In this document: one piece after another, positions 50,922-64,000 of the stretch
Layout of the letters: every line of letters begins with the position of its first letter
Position numbering within the stretch: the first letter of the stretch is position 1
DNA from: Eledone cirrhosa
Taxonomy: Eukaryota
Reading direction: 5' to 3'
Length of the DNA: 64,000 nucleotides
Assembly: GCA_964016885.1 (NCBI GenBank)
Contig: OZ024747.1
Location: forward strand, 70,866,001-70,930,000
Notes under the pieces: generated by a model
Told to the model about the DNA's origin: nothing
The model's input: only the letters and a program-made list of their open reading frames with translations
Database searches by the model: none
Position numbers and translations under genes: made by a program

Positions 50922-53900
50922 TTGTGTCTGTGTGTGTGTCTGTGTGTTTGTATAATATCAAAGAGAATTAGTAAATAAACAAACATGTTAATAACCAAGC
51001 GGTAACAAACTTCATCTGAAAGGCAGTGTGCATATGTATGCATATATGTATGCATATATGTATGTAAACACGTACGTATATATATATGTGTATGTACGTA
51101 AGTATGTATGTATATATATATATGTAAGTATGTATGTATGTATATATGTATGTATTTATGTATGTCTGTAAGTATGTATGTGTTTGTCTATATGTATGTA
51201 TGTATTTGAGAGTGTGTGTGTGTGTGTGTGTTTCTATGTGTGTGTTTGTATGTGTAACTACGCATGCAGGAATTGCATGATATTCATTTGATTGCTGTTT
51301 TGTTAATATAATATTTCTTTCTTTTATCACTTAACGTTATTATTTTCCCCAGTGTTTGCATGTGTAGTAGTTGTTGTTATTACTGTATACATTTGTATGA
51401 TTTAATTATGGACTTCCAAACACATCACCTTAGATGCTGTGCTATAGCTCACGTCAGGATATATGGAAATTGCATTCCCCATCATCATTATCGTCTTTGT
51501 TGTCATCATCATCAGCATCACAATCAACATCATATTCCTTTTAGGAGGCTGGGGACGTTATTTATGTTATTGATATTCTTTATGTTGTTACGTCTGATGC
51601 CATTCTTGATGACGATATTGTTACTGGTGTTGGGCATAAACAGTTTTGTAGAATTTATGGCAAAGAGGTCGGTAACATGTTGACGAATGACAATTTTCAG
51701 ATATTGTAATATTTGCATTATATATAATACCTTTCATGTTGTTGTTTCTCTTGTTGTTTAACTCCGAGTCGACTCTTGCCGAGCAGACCTATTATCAAAG
51801 ACATTCCAGCAGTGACCATCCCCACTTTTTTTCTGTGAGTATGGACTATGTGATTTTTAAAGACAGTTGTGTGACAAATGCAGAAAATGTCGCTGCTACA
51901 TCTAACAGACTGAAGCGATCATTTAGAGGTTTTGTGCTCGACTTTTATATTTGATGTAATTTAGTGTAGAGTGCTAGTGTTAATATATTTGTGTGTATCA
52001 CAATATAGGTTTTAGTACTCCGGATACTCATATAAGGCCCCATATTAATCTTCGTGTTTGAAAAACCTTTGACTATTTTATATCGGGATGTTCAATAAGA
52101 TTTTATGTTAGCTTTCAAGAAAAATGGCAACAAAACGTTTCTCGTCGCAGCTATAAAGAGTAGAATAGTTTACTGTTGAGTAACCTAGAAAACAACTTCC
52201 TGGGAAATATGGCTCTGTTTGTATTACCATCCAATTTGTTTTCCACATTAAATTTAAAGAAACGTCTTAAAAAGTGGCGCGTAAATAACGGGTTGGTTTG
52301 CCAATACTCATTGTCTTGTATTTTAAGTGTGTAAGGGATTGTAGCAATATGAATATGTAGGTTCATGCGTCCTTTAAAAGATATGTCTCCAATCAGAAGC
52401 AGAAACCGAGTTCTGGCTTCACTTCTATTTACAGAGTGGTTACGCGATACTTTACATGCTTCAAATCAATTTTATGTAAATATTGTTTAAAACTCAGCTA
52501 TTCTAATCATGTTTGTAACTGGTACTTAAAACTGGAAATTTCACTTCATTAAAATAATTTGAAATCTCCCCTGTTGAAGACATCAAGAATGAAGAAGAAC
52601 GGGCATGCCTGTTTCCAATATTCCTTTTGGAAAGTTATCGTTCAGCTTGTTCACTGCGTGTGGTCACAGAATTTATATAACATCTTGCATGTACAAGAAA
52701 ACTGTTCAAAAATAAACGATCACCGATTGCTTCAAGCTATTTCACATTTACCAAAGAAGTGTAGCATTCTCTGTAGTGTCTCTGATTGAATTCACACCGG
52801 ACAAGAGTTCTATCTCCCCTGAGGATCAAAACATTCTGAGATTGAAATCCAGGAAATACTGTTGCGAACAGCTTAACATAGTTAATTGCAAAGTAACTTT
52901 TAATCTTTGACTAAAGCTCTCTAAATTCACAGAGAGGTGCCATAATATTGCCTTTGTCGATGAGCAAGACTTCCAACTGTGTAAACGGAATTTTAAACTT
53001 AAACTTTTGGTGAAAACTAGTCAAGATCAGACATCGTTTGCTTTTGTATTTCATTTTCACAGAAAAGATTACTTAGACGTGTGTGTGGTTACAACATTGA
53101 ATTCAGTTATTTCTTCAAAAGACATACAAAAGATTGAGTGTACGCATTCTTATCTAAGATTGTCTTATGTAAAACTCATCCAGAAGGCCTTCCGGATATT
53201 AAACGTGTGAGAAGGAAAGTGTTTTAATTAAAGTCTTGTTGAATTTAACTTTATTGGAATTTTTCGATATTGTTAAGTTAACATTACTCAATAGAAATAA
53301 ATACATAAAGGACATAGAAGATCATTGATCAGAAATGTTCCATATAGTTTACTTTATACTGTTCTTCCTGTTGAATATATTGAAAGACTGCTACAGCTAG
53401 TGCAATGACTAACAATTAAACTTATATAAAACAAATTGAAGATTTTCAGATACATATTTAATTTAAAGAATAACTCTGTATCTATGATTTTCTGTTGTAG
53501 AAGATAAATCGGGAGTGTTGTTTTCTTGCAGAGTATATTCGATTAAATTACAATAGTGTATCATTAGTACGTACGGTTTGGATTGCAGAATACAAGGTAA
53601 AGTTTAATACATAGATATTAAAACTATCAATGTAGAGAAACATAATCAATGAAAATAAAATATATATGTTATCCACTGTTCTGCAACTATTTATATTGTT
53701 TTTCAGGACTAAGGTTTGGTTTGCGTTTTGGAGGGTCACTCCAGCTATGAATTAGAAACAGTTTCGTGAGAGAAAGGGTTAAGTCAACTGAAATTAAATT
53801 TAGTGCATTACTCAAGTTTAATCTACTAAAGCCAACCACGTTGGAGTAAAAAACTCAATTAGAATTATATGAATATGGAAAATATTGCATATGCTTATTC

Positions 53901-56900
53901 TCAAAATACAATACCATGCTTCATATTTAATCTTATTGAATTTGTCTCAAAGAATACTATAATTGCATCACAAACGTATGACTATCTATTTCTGTGTTAG
54001 CCTCAACATATTCAATGTTAGAAAAGATTTAAATAAATGCATTTTAATGAAATTGACATTATGTATGTGCATAGAAACGGAATTTTAATGATAATAAAAT
54101 GTTTACAACTGCAAATTCTATCTTGTAAATTTCGTTTTGTCTTATTGTAGTTGTGCAAAACAAATTATATTTCGATGTTGTCCACAATGTAAAGACAACA
54201 ATGATGTACGTATATTACAAATTGTGAACGGTATACTTTGAATGAAAAATGACTTCTAGCTTTGGCAGAAGTCTAGAAATTTATAGATTTGTATAGAAAT
54301 AATATTGTGAGATAGAATGTAAAGAGATATGAATAAATAATACTGCGAGATATTTACTTTAATAATCACTGTTTCTGCCATTTTGTAAACAATAGGCAGC
54401 ATTTCTTACACAAAATTCAATCGGCCTTAACAGAGTTGGCTGGTAGCTAATTTATTGATCCAAATAGGAGAGAATATAACATCAATCTCGATGAGATTTG
54501 AACTCAGCAGGTAAAGAAACATACTTATAAACTGCAAATAATTTTGTATAGCTGTATGCTAGTGATTTCACCCACTGTCCACTGAAGGAATAACAACAGT
54601 CAATCCTAGTAAACGATGATGCGTACTTGTATATGACAGGGAACAGTTGCATTGGAGAGTACATACTAGTATAGTGCAGTAGACACTGGTATACGACACT
54701 GAACACTATAATATAGCCATTCATTATAAATAGATTACAGTAAACACTCGATGAGTCTGAATAATAGTATAAACCATTGAACAATACCATACAACATGTA
54801 TATGGCAGTGACCATTAGTATTCTAAGTTAACACTAATATAGAGAAATGGATACTTGTATCTGACAGTTAATACTGGTGCAGGAGATTGAATATCAGTAT
54901 ACACAAAGGAACACTAGTTAGTATACCTCATTGAACACTAGTATAGTGTGACTGAACATTTGTAGATTACTTGGGACTTCAGTATAGGGGAGTAAACACT
55001 ACAACAGTGAGTATTAGTAGACTCGTTGAAAGTGACCACTGGTATAGAACAGGGAACATTACCACACTGGTCCACGACATTTAATATTAAAAGCATACAA
55101 AGATGAATAAATGTTTTGAGTTCTTAGTCACCTCTCTTTACATTCTGAGTTCCAATTCCGTTAGGGTTTACTTTAACTTTCAACCTCCTGGGGATTCGTT
55201 AAGCCGGAATCCATTCCATGTTAAATAGATTAGATTTTCCTAAGATCGAGAGCTTCTTAACCTTTTTCTTTTCTTGTGTTGTTCATGATCTCTCTCAAGG
55301 GTTGCATCATGAATTTCAGGCAATGTTTGTGTTACCTGTTTGTTGTATATCGTACATGCCTCTCATTAATACAAGAAAGTATTATCTGTTTTGTATATTT
55401 TGAAATTTACTCGTACTGAAACATCCTTATTTTTCCACAGTCACGTTCTCAATAATCCGAATATCAAGTTGACCATATCTATCATTTGATCTAGTACGTC
55501 ACTGAGTCTACCATAAATACTGGTTGTACTACCCAGATTACGTAATGGGCTTGCCACTACCAGCTCCCACCGTTCGATAGAAATAAACAGGTTGTACTAT
55601 ATGGTTTTAATCATGTCTTGGCTACGCTTCAAAAGCATCCTTGAAACTCTACACGATTTCTCCGCTATAAGAGAGAAGGGACCAATCCTCAGTAAACAAT
55701 AATCTTCTCATTAGATTATGTGTATTCTGCGTGTATTCTGAGAGTTACGGAATACCCCCTCAAGTGTCACAAATAAAATGAGAATAATGTTGATCTTAGC
55801 GAACTGTGCAGGGATAGAATTAATCAGCGTGATATAAGTTTCCATGTCAGTATGTAAGGAATCGATCGTACAAGATAACTCTTCCGAGAATCCAAATCAT
55901 TTGAGTACCTGCCACTCTCCTTGACCAATGTACTTTCTCGAATACATTTAAATATCCATGGTGCTTCTTCTTGGGCACTTCCTTCCCATCTAAACACACA
56001 TTTCTACACTGAGCTCTTTTACTCAGTCGGTTGAGCATTACAAGTATACTCCTAACTTCCCGGAATAATTTTTCCTATCCTTAATATAAGTAGGATGAAT
56101 TATATTTCTTCACATATCTGTTTTTGTCCAAAGTTAGCATTGAAATTGCTATTGGATTTTCTTAGGTCAGAGTTCTGATGACGAGAAATCTACCACTGGT
56201 TATCTTGTAATCAACTTTCACATAATCGGACTATTGTTGATTAAAACGGATTTTTTACAATATGTGGGATGAAAACGATATTTTGACAAAAGCGAACCAT
56301 TGGCTATCATATATCACCTAGGTGTCAGTATAGGAAATCAACAGTGTTGAAGTGGTTATCACAACATTGATAATTAGACCAAAATCCCACAGTTATTATT
56401 GATTGGAAAAGTTGTTTGAGGAGTTACATTCGAATGCTGTCTTTTTTAGTTTGTACACTAATGTAATGATCAGCTTTGCTGGTGCAGAAGAGTTCTACAT
56501 TCATCTGCAAATTACCATACAAACTGCAGCCCAGAGAAACAAGCTGATACTATTGGGATCAAGTAGTAGAGGCAATTTGAACCACTGCACCTTCCCCACA
56601 AACCAGAAGCCTTGCGTTCTATCACGATATTAGAAATACTTATTAATCTTACATTTGATTATATAAATAGTGATATATTGGCAGAGTCGTAAGCGGTTCC
56701 GATTAAATGCTTCTGTATTCCTTCTGGTTCACAGCACTCTGAGATCACAACCATCCGAGGTCAACTTTGCCTATTATCCTTTCGAGGTTGTTAAATAATG
56801 TACTTGTACAGGACTGGTGGATTAGCCGAATACTTAAACAGTCGGTGGGGATGCTTTGCGGTATTGCTTCCGCCTCCTGTCATCGGAAAGAGTTGCAACC

Positions 56901-59529
56901 TGCAAATAGTAACAGCAATAGAAAGACCAATAGAAATATAATTTCCTTCTTCTGGTCTGACAATGTACTTCTTTCCTTTTTTGATTAGAGATTATTGAAG
57001 CATCTATGAAAAACTATATTTCTTGAATTATCTGAAACGATTTCAAACACTAACTTATACACAAGGGATTCTAGGGTCTTAACCCTCTACAGAATAATAA
57101 GGTGGGAGGTTGAGAGATCATGAATATTATAAATCAATAAAAGTAATGGAAAACATGATAGATCATCCTAACTCGGTAGCAGCATTTCTTGAAAAATATA
57201 CGAAATACATTTCTTCTTTCATAAGCATTAGACTAATAAGTAAAACAGGAAAAATGGTGTTGATTACAACTATTTACTTCAGCTTATCTAATGGAGAATT
57301 GGAACACGGAGATCACCAGTAAAATTTGAGTAATGCATTTAATCAGTCTCGCTAGTCTTTCAGCCATCTATGAATAATATTAGCATTTACGGAGTGTAAA
57401 TATTCTACCAATTATATCACCAAACAAATAATACGGCTGGCATAGCAGAATATAGTAAAAATTAGATTGTTTAGAACGCCGATGTTCACTGCACAACGTA
57501 ATGTCTCGAACCTAAGTAAACTCTTAACTATTAATGTCATCTATACGATTCAATGCAATGTAAACATTAGCTATTGTAAAGCATCACCATCAAATACGTA
57601 TTAATTAATATTATAGCAACAATCACATATTTACAACGCTAAAATCGATTGAACATTAACACCTCTTGACAGTATACATAAATCATAAATTTATAAGTTT
57701 GATATATTCATAACATATTTTACTTGCGGCATTAAATACGTTAAGGGCGAAAGAAACTTGTTCATACCGAATGAAAATAATAGCTTCTTTACTGATTCGC
57801 TCTTTCTTCTATTATATCCAATCCCAATTGTTGTTTTACTTTGAACATTATTTAATTCTTCCAGAAAGAATGTTATCATTACAGAAGAAATCGGATCTTA
57901 TAAGGGTGATTCTTCTGTTTATACAGGAGATGCTATTGAGCGGGTGTTTTTGCTCGTAGAATCAAGTAGGTGGAAACAATTCTATGAAACACTTCTATCT
58001 CGTATCTGATCTATAAAAATGTCATGCTCTTGACTTTTGCCTATATACATTGACATTTAGAAGATCTCCTCTTCCTCTTGAAATAATTTTCTTTACATCA
58101 AAAGATACCTTAAATTGGACACTAGGCAACAATAAGAAAGAACACTAGCAAAGTTACAAATTATATTGCATGCATTCATCAGTAAAGAAGCCTTGGGTCA
58201 GTTAAAATCATTAAAATGTACTATTTTGTAAATCAATATTTTGCAGGATTGTGTACCGCCTATGTTTACAACTAATGTTATCTTTCATTGAAAGCTGAAT
58301 AAAATACATTTAAAATTTGCTCTTTAGATTAGTGATTAATCAATCATTAACGATTGAGGTTGTTTTAGAGTGGCTTTAACTGGGTTCAATATACCTGTTT
58401 TCTTCTTGATTACGGACACTTCGATGATGACTCAATATGAAACATTTCATGTAAATAGTAACTGAAAATCCGGATTTTTATTATGATTCTCGTTGTGATT
58501 CTCAAAGTGTAAGAGCCCTAATCCAAAAGTGAAAATAGATAAGAGCATGATGTGTTAATCCTCTGATCTATATCGTATTTACTTTTGCAGGTATTAACAA
58601 ACGGTCTTCACATTTATAAACGAAAATATTCAAGTAGATGAAACGCCGTCGATTTCGACGATTAAATACGTGTTTATTGAAGGAGCGCATAATTAGAGCA
58701 ACATTTTCACAGACACGTGAAATAATATAATCCTCAGGTAGAGCCAACATAAAGCTGCGTGAGAAGGCATGCCCTTCGCGTTATAAATAAAATCTCTCTA
58801 GTAAGTTTCCACACAGTTTTCACTTAATTTCTTTCCCTTATTCTTGTTTAGAATGACACACAGTAGGAGCGAGATCGAACATCCTGATTTAGAAGGAAAC
58901 TACTGCATCTACAAGAGAGATAAAAGAACATATTGAGTTCATAAGAGTTTAATACATATTGATAAATATGTAAATTTCAGCAGCATGTAATGTACTATTT
59001 CGATCATATTAGATTTTCAGAAATATGCCCATTATATACCTTCTGCAATGTTGGGAATTAAGGAGGTTGTGTAAATATCAACTCAGTAGTTTTGATTTGT
59101 TTTGCAGCAGGTAGATGCTGAAAGAACAGTCATTTGATAAAAGAGATTCCAGTATTGACCATCTCGCCTTTTTACTCATCTTACATTATCGAATGTGTCT
59201 TTCTTTTTCAACACAGTGAGGATTGAAGGAAATCTGTATGTTATTTCCAGTAGGACAGATGACTATATCAAGGCTATTTCCTTCATTTCCTCAGCTCCAG
59301 CTTAAAACTGATTCATTCAAAATATGAGCAAAAACCTTCCATGCGTGACCAACCACTCCTTTTATCCAATGTGTTATTCTATATTTAAGAGAGCACAGTA
59401 ATTTTTGAGTGAGTGTTAGTTGCTATTTCATGCGGCATATAATACTGTTGCCGTTAGAATTAGTGTTAACATTCTGAATTTTACCGGTTGAAAATCGATA
59501 ACGAAGAAATCAAGAATCCACATATTATT

Positions 59530-60460
59530 AAATCAGCAAGAACAAATGCTGAAAGAGCACATCAGTGAAAAAATAATTGAGCAGAAGGTTGCATGCAAGA
59601 ACAAAAAATGAGGCGCTACGGGCCGTGTTGAGCCGCTGTGTCAAATGACCAGTTGTTTTGTTGTTTATACGTGACCGCCAAAGGTCTAACAAAAAACGGA
59701 TAAAGTCTGACATGAGCGAGGTTGCTGTTCTTGCATTAAATGTTAATGGTAAGCGTTGTACCAGTAGCTGTGAACGAAGCTATTATGGTAGTTTTCCAGT
59801 GCTGGCGAGAAAATGATGGCCCCCAGATGTATTGTCGAATGTGCTGTGGAGCCAGGAAAAAATGGCTGGTTGCTTTGTAAAGAACAAAAGGCAAGTTTAA
59901 TCTGTAGGTGGGTTGCAGTGTAAATTCCATAATTCGGGCGAATCCACAGAAGTGGCCGAAATGCTAACAAGTCCAGTTCAATTTGTTGCTTTCCCAGCGA
60001 GTCGGGCAAAAACAACAAGACGGATGGCCGTCATGGACGATCAGTGTGCAACGAGATGCGAAGCTGTTTGAGTTCAGCTGCAATGTATTTTCGTGTTGCG
60101 GTGCCTGTTTGAATCCAGTGGATTAAGCTCTGTGAGCTGCTAGCATGTGACAGCATCTCAACCAGGTGAAAAGGGACTCGCAGAATATTACGTTTGAAGA
60201 ACATATACCAAGAACAACATGTTGGTGTGTGATAAAAAAAAATGTGTGCATATGCAGGCATGTAAAACAGCAAAGAATGTGAATGAACAAAAACCATGAG
60301 CAAGCAAATAGCAAAAGAGCACAAAACAAGTAAATGCATTCTACAAAGAAATATGTGAATGTAACAAACTGATAATTCAAAGTCAATCTAGGGGAGCAGA
60401 GAAATTGCTCAATAAGTTCAAAGTTTTTCAAAGTCAAATAGTTCACACATCACCAGTGTA
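59530..60460 (-). mobile_element. Possible decayed Tc1/mariner relic
   Basis: Frameshifted SS(P)ELNPLD-like motif near 60120-60145; otherwise fragmentary. Confidence 0.3.
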
Positions 60461-61253
60461 CAGACACTAGTTCTATCTGAAAACTGAAAAAGAAGTTTGT
60501 TAATGCCGTTAGGGGTTAGCTGTATGGTGTTTTTGTGAGATTCCGTGGCCATTTTACCGTCCCGAAGGTTTTGTTGCTTATTGTTAAAGCAAAGTCAAAG
60601 AATCTTCTGTAGAGTAGGAGTCACCAAATATGGCAGTCACGTCTGACGCCATAATGGTGAGAAACTACTGTCTCAATTTCTCGCGTCCCTGTGGTAACGA
60701 GACAGAAGGTATGGTGGTTGCGTCGGTAAAGAGACAAGCCGTTTTGAAATTTCCGATGTGTGGTGGTTGGCGTCGGTAAGGTTATGAAGCTGCCACTCAC
60801 TGTTCCCTGTATTGGTCAGTGGTTAAACAACGCTGTCGCTCCTGCTGTCATTGTTGTTGTCAAGCGTAGCCATGACATGTCGGTAGCCATCTTGAAATTT
60901 TTTCGTGGCGAAAAAGTCTTTGAAATACTGCTAATTTTTCAAAAATCTTAAAAGGAATATTCTGGATTTTCGCAAGTTGCGACGTGGCAATAAAAGTTAA
61001 ACTGAATGAATAAGAAGGGCTGCGTGATATTCTTACGTCGGTCACCACTTTAGCAGTATTAGTTATAGATGTTATCGCCACTTTAGCAGAGTGGTAGAAT
61101 CAGTGGTCGTTAGTTGCCAGTGTGGTAAGTGATAGTATCCTCGTTGGATTATCTTGTTGACATAGACGTGAGTGAAGGTCCCTCGATCTATTTACCATCT
61201 ATTTACAATATTCCTTTCGTCAGGTCGCCAATTCCAGCAGCATGGATAAAAGA

Positions 61254-61568
61254 TGTTATTGAGACACGAGTAATTAGAGATGAAATGTCTGTTTATTTAT
61301 ATAGTTGAAGTTACAGGTAAAAAGAGGTTACAAAAGGGAATGTGCCATTGCGCCGTTAAGTCGGCGAGGCTAGGGGTGCAATATCTCACTGTTACATTAT
61401 GCGTGTTGCTGGCTTGAAGTTTCCGGTACAAGAGCGAGATTCTTCAAATCTTCGCGGGGAATTTCTTCCTCAGGGCGCGTAGGGATACATCCTCTTCTAC
61501 TGGCGCTGATTGGCTGAACTGAGCCAAATCACGCACAGAGAATGTATGTGAGCCTGCGGAATGTAGGT

Positions 61569-61575
<7 letters not shown>
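61254..61575 (-). mobile_element. Possible LTR of an LTR-retrotransposon relic
   Basis: Minus strand reads TGTAGTG...AATAAA...AATAACA, with TGGCGACC (PBS-like) about 25 nt downstream; no convincing gag/pol. Confidence 0.3.
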
Positions 61576-61600
<25 letters not shown>

Positions 61601-61772
61601 ACATGTGTGTGTGTATTATATACGTATATATATATAATAAATACGTATATATTATATATTATATATATATATATTATATATATATATTATAGTTGTAGAA
61701 CACTGGAAGGTAATATCCGTAGTGATAGAGCACTCAGTCCATGGGACGAGTTAGGTATAACCATGTCCATTA

Positions 61773-61810
61773 CGAGCTGAGGATCCGCTCAGGTGAAACA
61801 ATTGTTCTCG
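61773..61810 (+). ncRNA. Minimal hammerhead (family D)
   Basis: CGAG-CTGAGGA-tccgctcaggt-GAAAC-AATT-GTT-CTCG; upstream flank matches 7600-7666. Confidence 0.7.
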
Positions 61811-61818
61811 GTATGGTG

Positions 61819-61850
<32 letters not shown>

Positions 61851-61851
<1 letters not shown>

Positions 61852-62036
61852 ACGAAGGAAATGTGGTAAGGAACCAGGTGGACCATAACGCACCAAAGTA
61901 CTTAATACTTGGGGTAGTAGAGTGGGTAATAGGAACCAGTAAGACCCCGACAGCTGAGCTCAAGCCGTTTCGACGGCTAATTCTCAGAATTAGCCGTCGA
62001 AACGGCTTGAGGTCAGCTGTCGGGGTCTTACTGGTT

Positions 62037-62040
<4 letters not shown>
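61851..62040. mobile_element. Penelope pLTR (family G) palindrome upstream of the Naiad-like ORF
   Basis: TAGGAACCAGTAAGACCCCGACAGCTGA...TCAGCTGTCGGGGTCTTACTGGTTCCTA. Confidence 0.85.
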
Positions 62041-62082
<42 letters not shown>

Positions 62083-62086
<4 letters not shown>

Positions 62087-64000
62087 TAAAAGATTAAAGT
62101 TTAAGCAAAGAATCGCTGCTTTCACCCTTAACGGGCTCTTCTGAAACACAGTGGTTAAGGATTTCGAAGTTGATGTCATCCTCAATGCCCGTAAGTCAGT
62201 GATTAATTTAGACGACTCTATTTGGATTAAAATATCTAATAGTACCCCATTCGACGTGAGTATGGGCACCAGCGATTCTCCGGAGGTTACTGATCTTATC
62301 GGCCTGTTCCTTCTTTTCTCTATCAAGGAAGAATTCCCCAACGTAGGCGGTGGTTTGTACCGTGATTATGGTCTTTTGACCATGACTAAGTGCGGCCCAC
62401 ATGCTTGCGACAGATTCAGAAAAGAACTCACAGCCTTCTTTAAAGGCTTCAACCTCTCCATACAGGTTGAGGCCAACCTCTCGGTCGTTAATTAACTGGA
62501 CGTTACCCTCAACTTATCGAATGGCTTGCATTACCCGTATAGAAATCAGAATGATACGCTTAATTACATAAGTAAGCATTCTAACCATCCTGCCATCATA
62601 ACCAAGAACCTGGTAAGAAACGTTTCATTAAGGCTTTCCCGTCTATCTACTAACGAGCATATTTTCAACGACCATTCCACATATTACAATGAACTCTTGC
62701 TCGGAGTGGATTTGTCGATAAGGTAGCATATGCAGAGTACGAATATAGACCTAGAAGAAATAGATCCAGACGCATTATATGGTATAACCCACCATATAAT
62801 ATGGAGGTGGTAAGACCATTAGCTAAGATCTTTCTCTCCCTTATTATGAAGCATTTTCCCCTTACACATAAATATAGTAAAATTTTTAATAGAAATACTA
62901 TTAGAATTTCTTACTCTACGACTCCTAACCTTGCACATAACATCACAGCTTCAAATTTAGCTAAACTACCTAGCTGTAGGAACACGTGCAACACTGTAGT
63001 TAGTACTAAATGTAATTATAGGAATCGGGTTGACTGCCCCCTATCCGGGAAATGCCTCTCTAGTAACATTGTCTACAAATGTAAGGTTGAAACACCCACG
63101 TCCCGTAGGGCCTACATAGGGTTAACCGCCAATAGATTCAAGCAGCGTCTTTACATGCATACCCATTCTTTTCGTTACCCTTTAAGAAGGAATATAACGT
63201 CACTTTCAGCTTATATCTGGAGTCTAAAAGACAACCACACCCAATATAAGTTACACTGGGAGATCCTTGCTAGGGCTACATCGTATAACGGAAATAAAAG
63301 ACCATGTGACCTCTGCGCTGCTGAGGCCCTAGAAATACTCTACGCCAAAGACCACATCTTAAACAAAAAATCTGAGGCAATTTCGGCTTGTAAACATAAC
63401 TTTCACAAAACTTTCCTGTATTACAGCCCCACATTATACCCTAACGGATAGTACGAACTATACGCGGATATTTTACGTCTTGATGTGGTAGCTAAGTATA
63501 TGTTATGTTTATACCATTACTTATTTGTATAGGTAAGTATATATTACCTGTATGTTTTGTGAAGATACGTATACTTTCACGTACGTATATTTGATTGTAT
63601 ATGTTATGGCGTATATATTATATTATATATTCTGGTACATATGCTAGTTATGTGCACACGTGCGTTTTGCGTCTGTGTGAGCATGCGGGTGCGTACGTAT
63701 GTAGGGTGTGTGTATATGTGTACTTTGTGTTTTGGTTGACGTTCGTCTCCGGACATATGTGTATTTACATGTAGGTATGTGTGTGCGCTCGTTATATACG
63801 TATTTATTTATTTATATACGTTTATTTAATTATATGTATACACGCACACACACACACACATATATATATATATTTTTTTAAATATATATTGTTATGTGTA
63901 TTTGGTGTATACATTCGTATGCGTGCGGGTACAGGCGTTGCGTCGGTTCTGTATGTGCGTGCGATTTTCTTTTTTTTGTGTGTACGTGCGGGTATTTGTA
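62083..64000 (+). mobile_element. 5'-truncated Naiad-like Penelope element (RT plus C-terminal GIY-YIG), decayed, running off the window end
   Basis: RT motifs FDVSMGTSDSPEVTDLIGLFLL, GLYRDYGL (YRDD mutated), N*LDV, YISKHSNHP; preceded by (TA)n and an inverted pLTR. Confidence 0.85.
62151..63451 (+). pseudogene. Penelope RT-GIY-YIG polyprotein remnant (nonsense codon and frameshifts)
   Basis: Three ORF pieces at 62151-62495, 62526-62726 and 62801-63451. The last carries CPLSGKC..NIVYKC..AYIGLT..FKQRLYMH..CDLC..LNKKSE..CKH. Confidence 0.85.

Noticed and set aside
62151-63451. Selenocysteine recoding, as reported for some Naiad elements
   Set aside because: No in-frame TGA at cysteine positions in either GIY-YIG fragment; the breaks are a TAA and frameshifts.

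Overview
AT-rich eukaryotic (animal) genomic DNA with dense (TA)n, (CA)n and (GA)n microsatellites. The repeat content resembles an octopod cephalopod (inference from the SINE and microsatellite landscape). Almost all short ORFs in the track are microsatellite artefacts, and no multi-exon host gene can be supported; there is one candidate 46-nt exon. Real coding content is transposon-derived: an apparently intact Tx1/L1-type non-LTR retrotransposon (ORF1 with CCHC knuckle; ORF2 APE-RT-zinc finger) followed in tandem by a diverged 3' fragment, two Naiad-like Penelope elements (RT/GIY-YIG), decayed RTE and CRE LINE pieces, about ten copies of one tRNA-type SINE, and small DNA-transposon relics. 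The most striking unannotated signal is a set of minimal type-I hammerhead ribozyme motifs from about eight unrelated Penelope-pLTR-like families. Most sit in (TA)n tracts as fold-back palindromes that all share one polarity. They include C3U/G8A compensatory cores, a U4C core and stem-II-less variants.
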